Source of the DNA: Paramecium tetraurelia
Lineage: Eukaryota
Assembly (NCBI GenBank): GCA_000165425.1
Contig: CT868452.1
Coordinates: forward strand, 62,001 to 126,000
Direction: 5' to 3'
Length of the DNA: 64,000 nucleotides
A model generated the notes under the pieces. The model had not been told where the DNA came from. It did not search any database and was given only the letters and a program-made list of their open reading frames with translations. Position numbers and translations under genes: made by a program. Numbering within the stretch: the first letter of the stretch is position 1; each line of letters begins with the position of its first letter. Of the stretch, positions 63,187-64,000 are shown one piece after another.

Positions 63187-63995
63187 TATTTTATTTTAAA
63201 CTCTCTGAACTTCTATAAGTTTATTCCATTCAGAGGTGATTTTATTAAGTATACATTTTGTTTCTGTCGAGAGCTATGAGTTGATTGCTCTCTTTTCGAC
63301 ATTGGACTTTCTCTTCGTCTCTTTTCGAAGGCATCCAAATTAGGCGCTGAATTTCTAATCAGAGTCGAAGACTGACTAGTTATCAGTTAAGTCTATTCAA
63401 TTAGATTATTCAGATTGTTAATTTTCCTAATGTAATCTTTCATTAAAGGTTTCTTAAGTAATGGTAATTGATTCACTTAGTTCTGCTAAATGATCTTTCG
63501 AGATACTTGCTTACATTAAAGCTCCAAAACACTTGATTTTGCCTCAGGACTAAACTCCGCTTTCTCATCCCTTTCTCGTTCCGATTGCAAAGTTCTTAAA
63601 TTCATGCACACTTTAGCAGTTTTAGCCACCTGATTAAAAATTCCCCTTAATTTCTTCCCATTTCTTACAATTTCTTATGGTTGTTCTTCTTCCTCCTCTT
63701 TGACTTTTGAAATGAGAATGTCATGAAATTTCCTTATCTTTCTGCCAACCATTCCACACTCACCGCATCCACAACTTAATCTCCTTATTTTATACTATAA
63801 CTCCGGAAATTTATAATTTTTTTATCTACTCCTCTAATGTTATCTATTCTTTTTGATAGGAGAGCTTCTTCCATTGACAAATCCAAATTCCATCAAAGTC
63901 CTTTAAGTGGTCAGTTATCGTGTAGTTGAAATAACTTATCTTGTATCGATGAATTGTTCTGATTTTTGATAGCATGTTTATTATAAAAGTCTCAT
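63183..63995 (-). CDS. hypothetical basic protein with CxCxxC motif; may begin beyond window
   Basis: Continuous ciliate-code frame MRLLQQTCY...LSCGCGECGMV...FREFKIKQ*. Confidence 0.6.
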
Positions 63996-64000
63996 AAACC

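Noticed and set aside
1..64000. Internal eliminated sequences or transposons
   Set aside because: Recognised genes are uninterrupted apart from GT..AG introns and no transposase or terminal repeats were seen, consistent with somatic DNA; IES sites cannot be inferred from TA alone

Overview
AT-rich, gene-dense eukaryotic DNA that reads as ciliate macronuclear genome, most likely Paramecium. TAA/TAG encode Gln, TGA is the only stop, and introns are 20-35 nt GT..AG. The supplied standard-code ORF track therefore fragments real genes and lists many antisense shadows. Re-translating by eye with the ciliate code gives about 35 genes. Recognisable ones include a WD40 protein, a trichocyst matrix protein, VPS26, APC10, catalase, a sterol-desaturase-family enzyme, isocitrate lyase, a PHO80-type cyclin, METTL3, a Ser/Thr kinase, a TTLL glutamylase, UBL-RPS27A, an ankyrin-DHHC enzyme, a three-repeat Myb, a giant ankyrin-WGR-PARP, a gelsolin/dual-specificity phosphatase, PDH E1-beta, a lipocalin, a centrin, RPL14 and SFT2. 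No rRNA, tRNA, CRISPR, transposon or telomere was seen. The most striking observation is an apparent GGA-like monomeric adaptor (VHS-GAT-coiled coil) ending in an alpha-adaptin-type appendage. Other points of interest are a synergin-gamma-like protein, a lipase lacking its catalytic Ser, a small secreted propeptide, a charge-block repeat protein and a stop/start (ATGA) overlap between tandem genes. All calls come from manual motif reading with no database searches, and boundaries may be off where splice sites are ambiguous.
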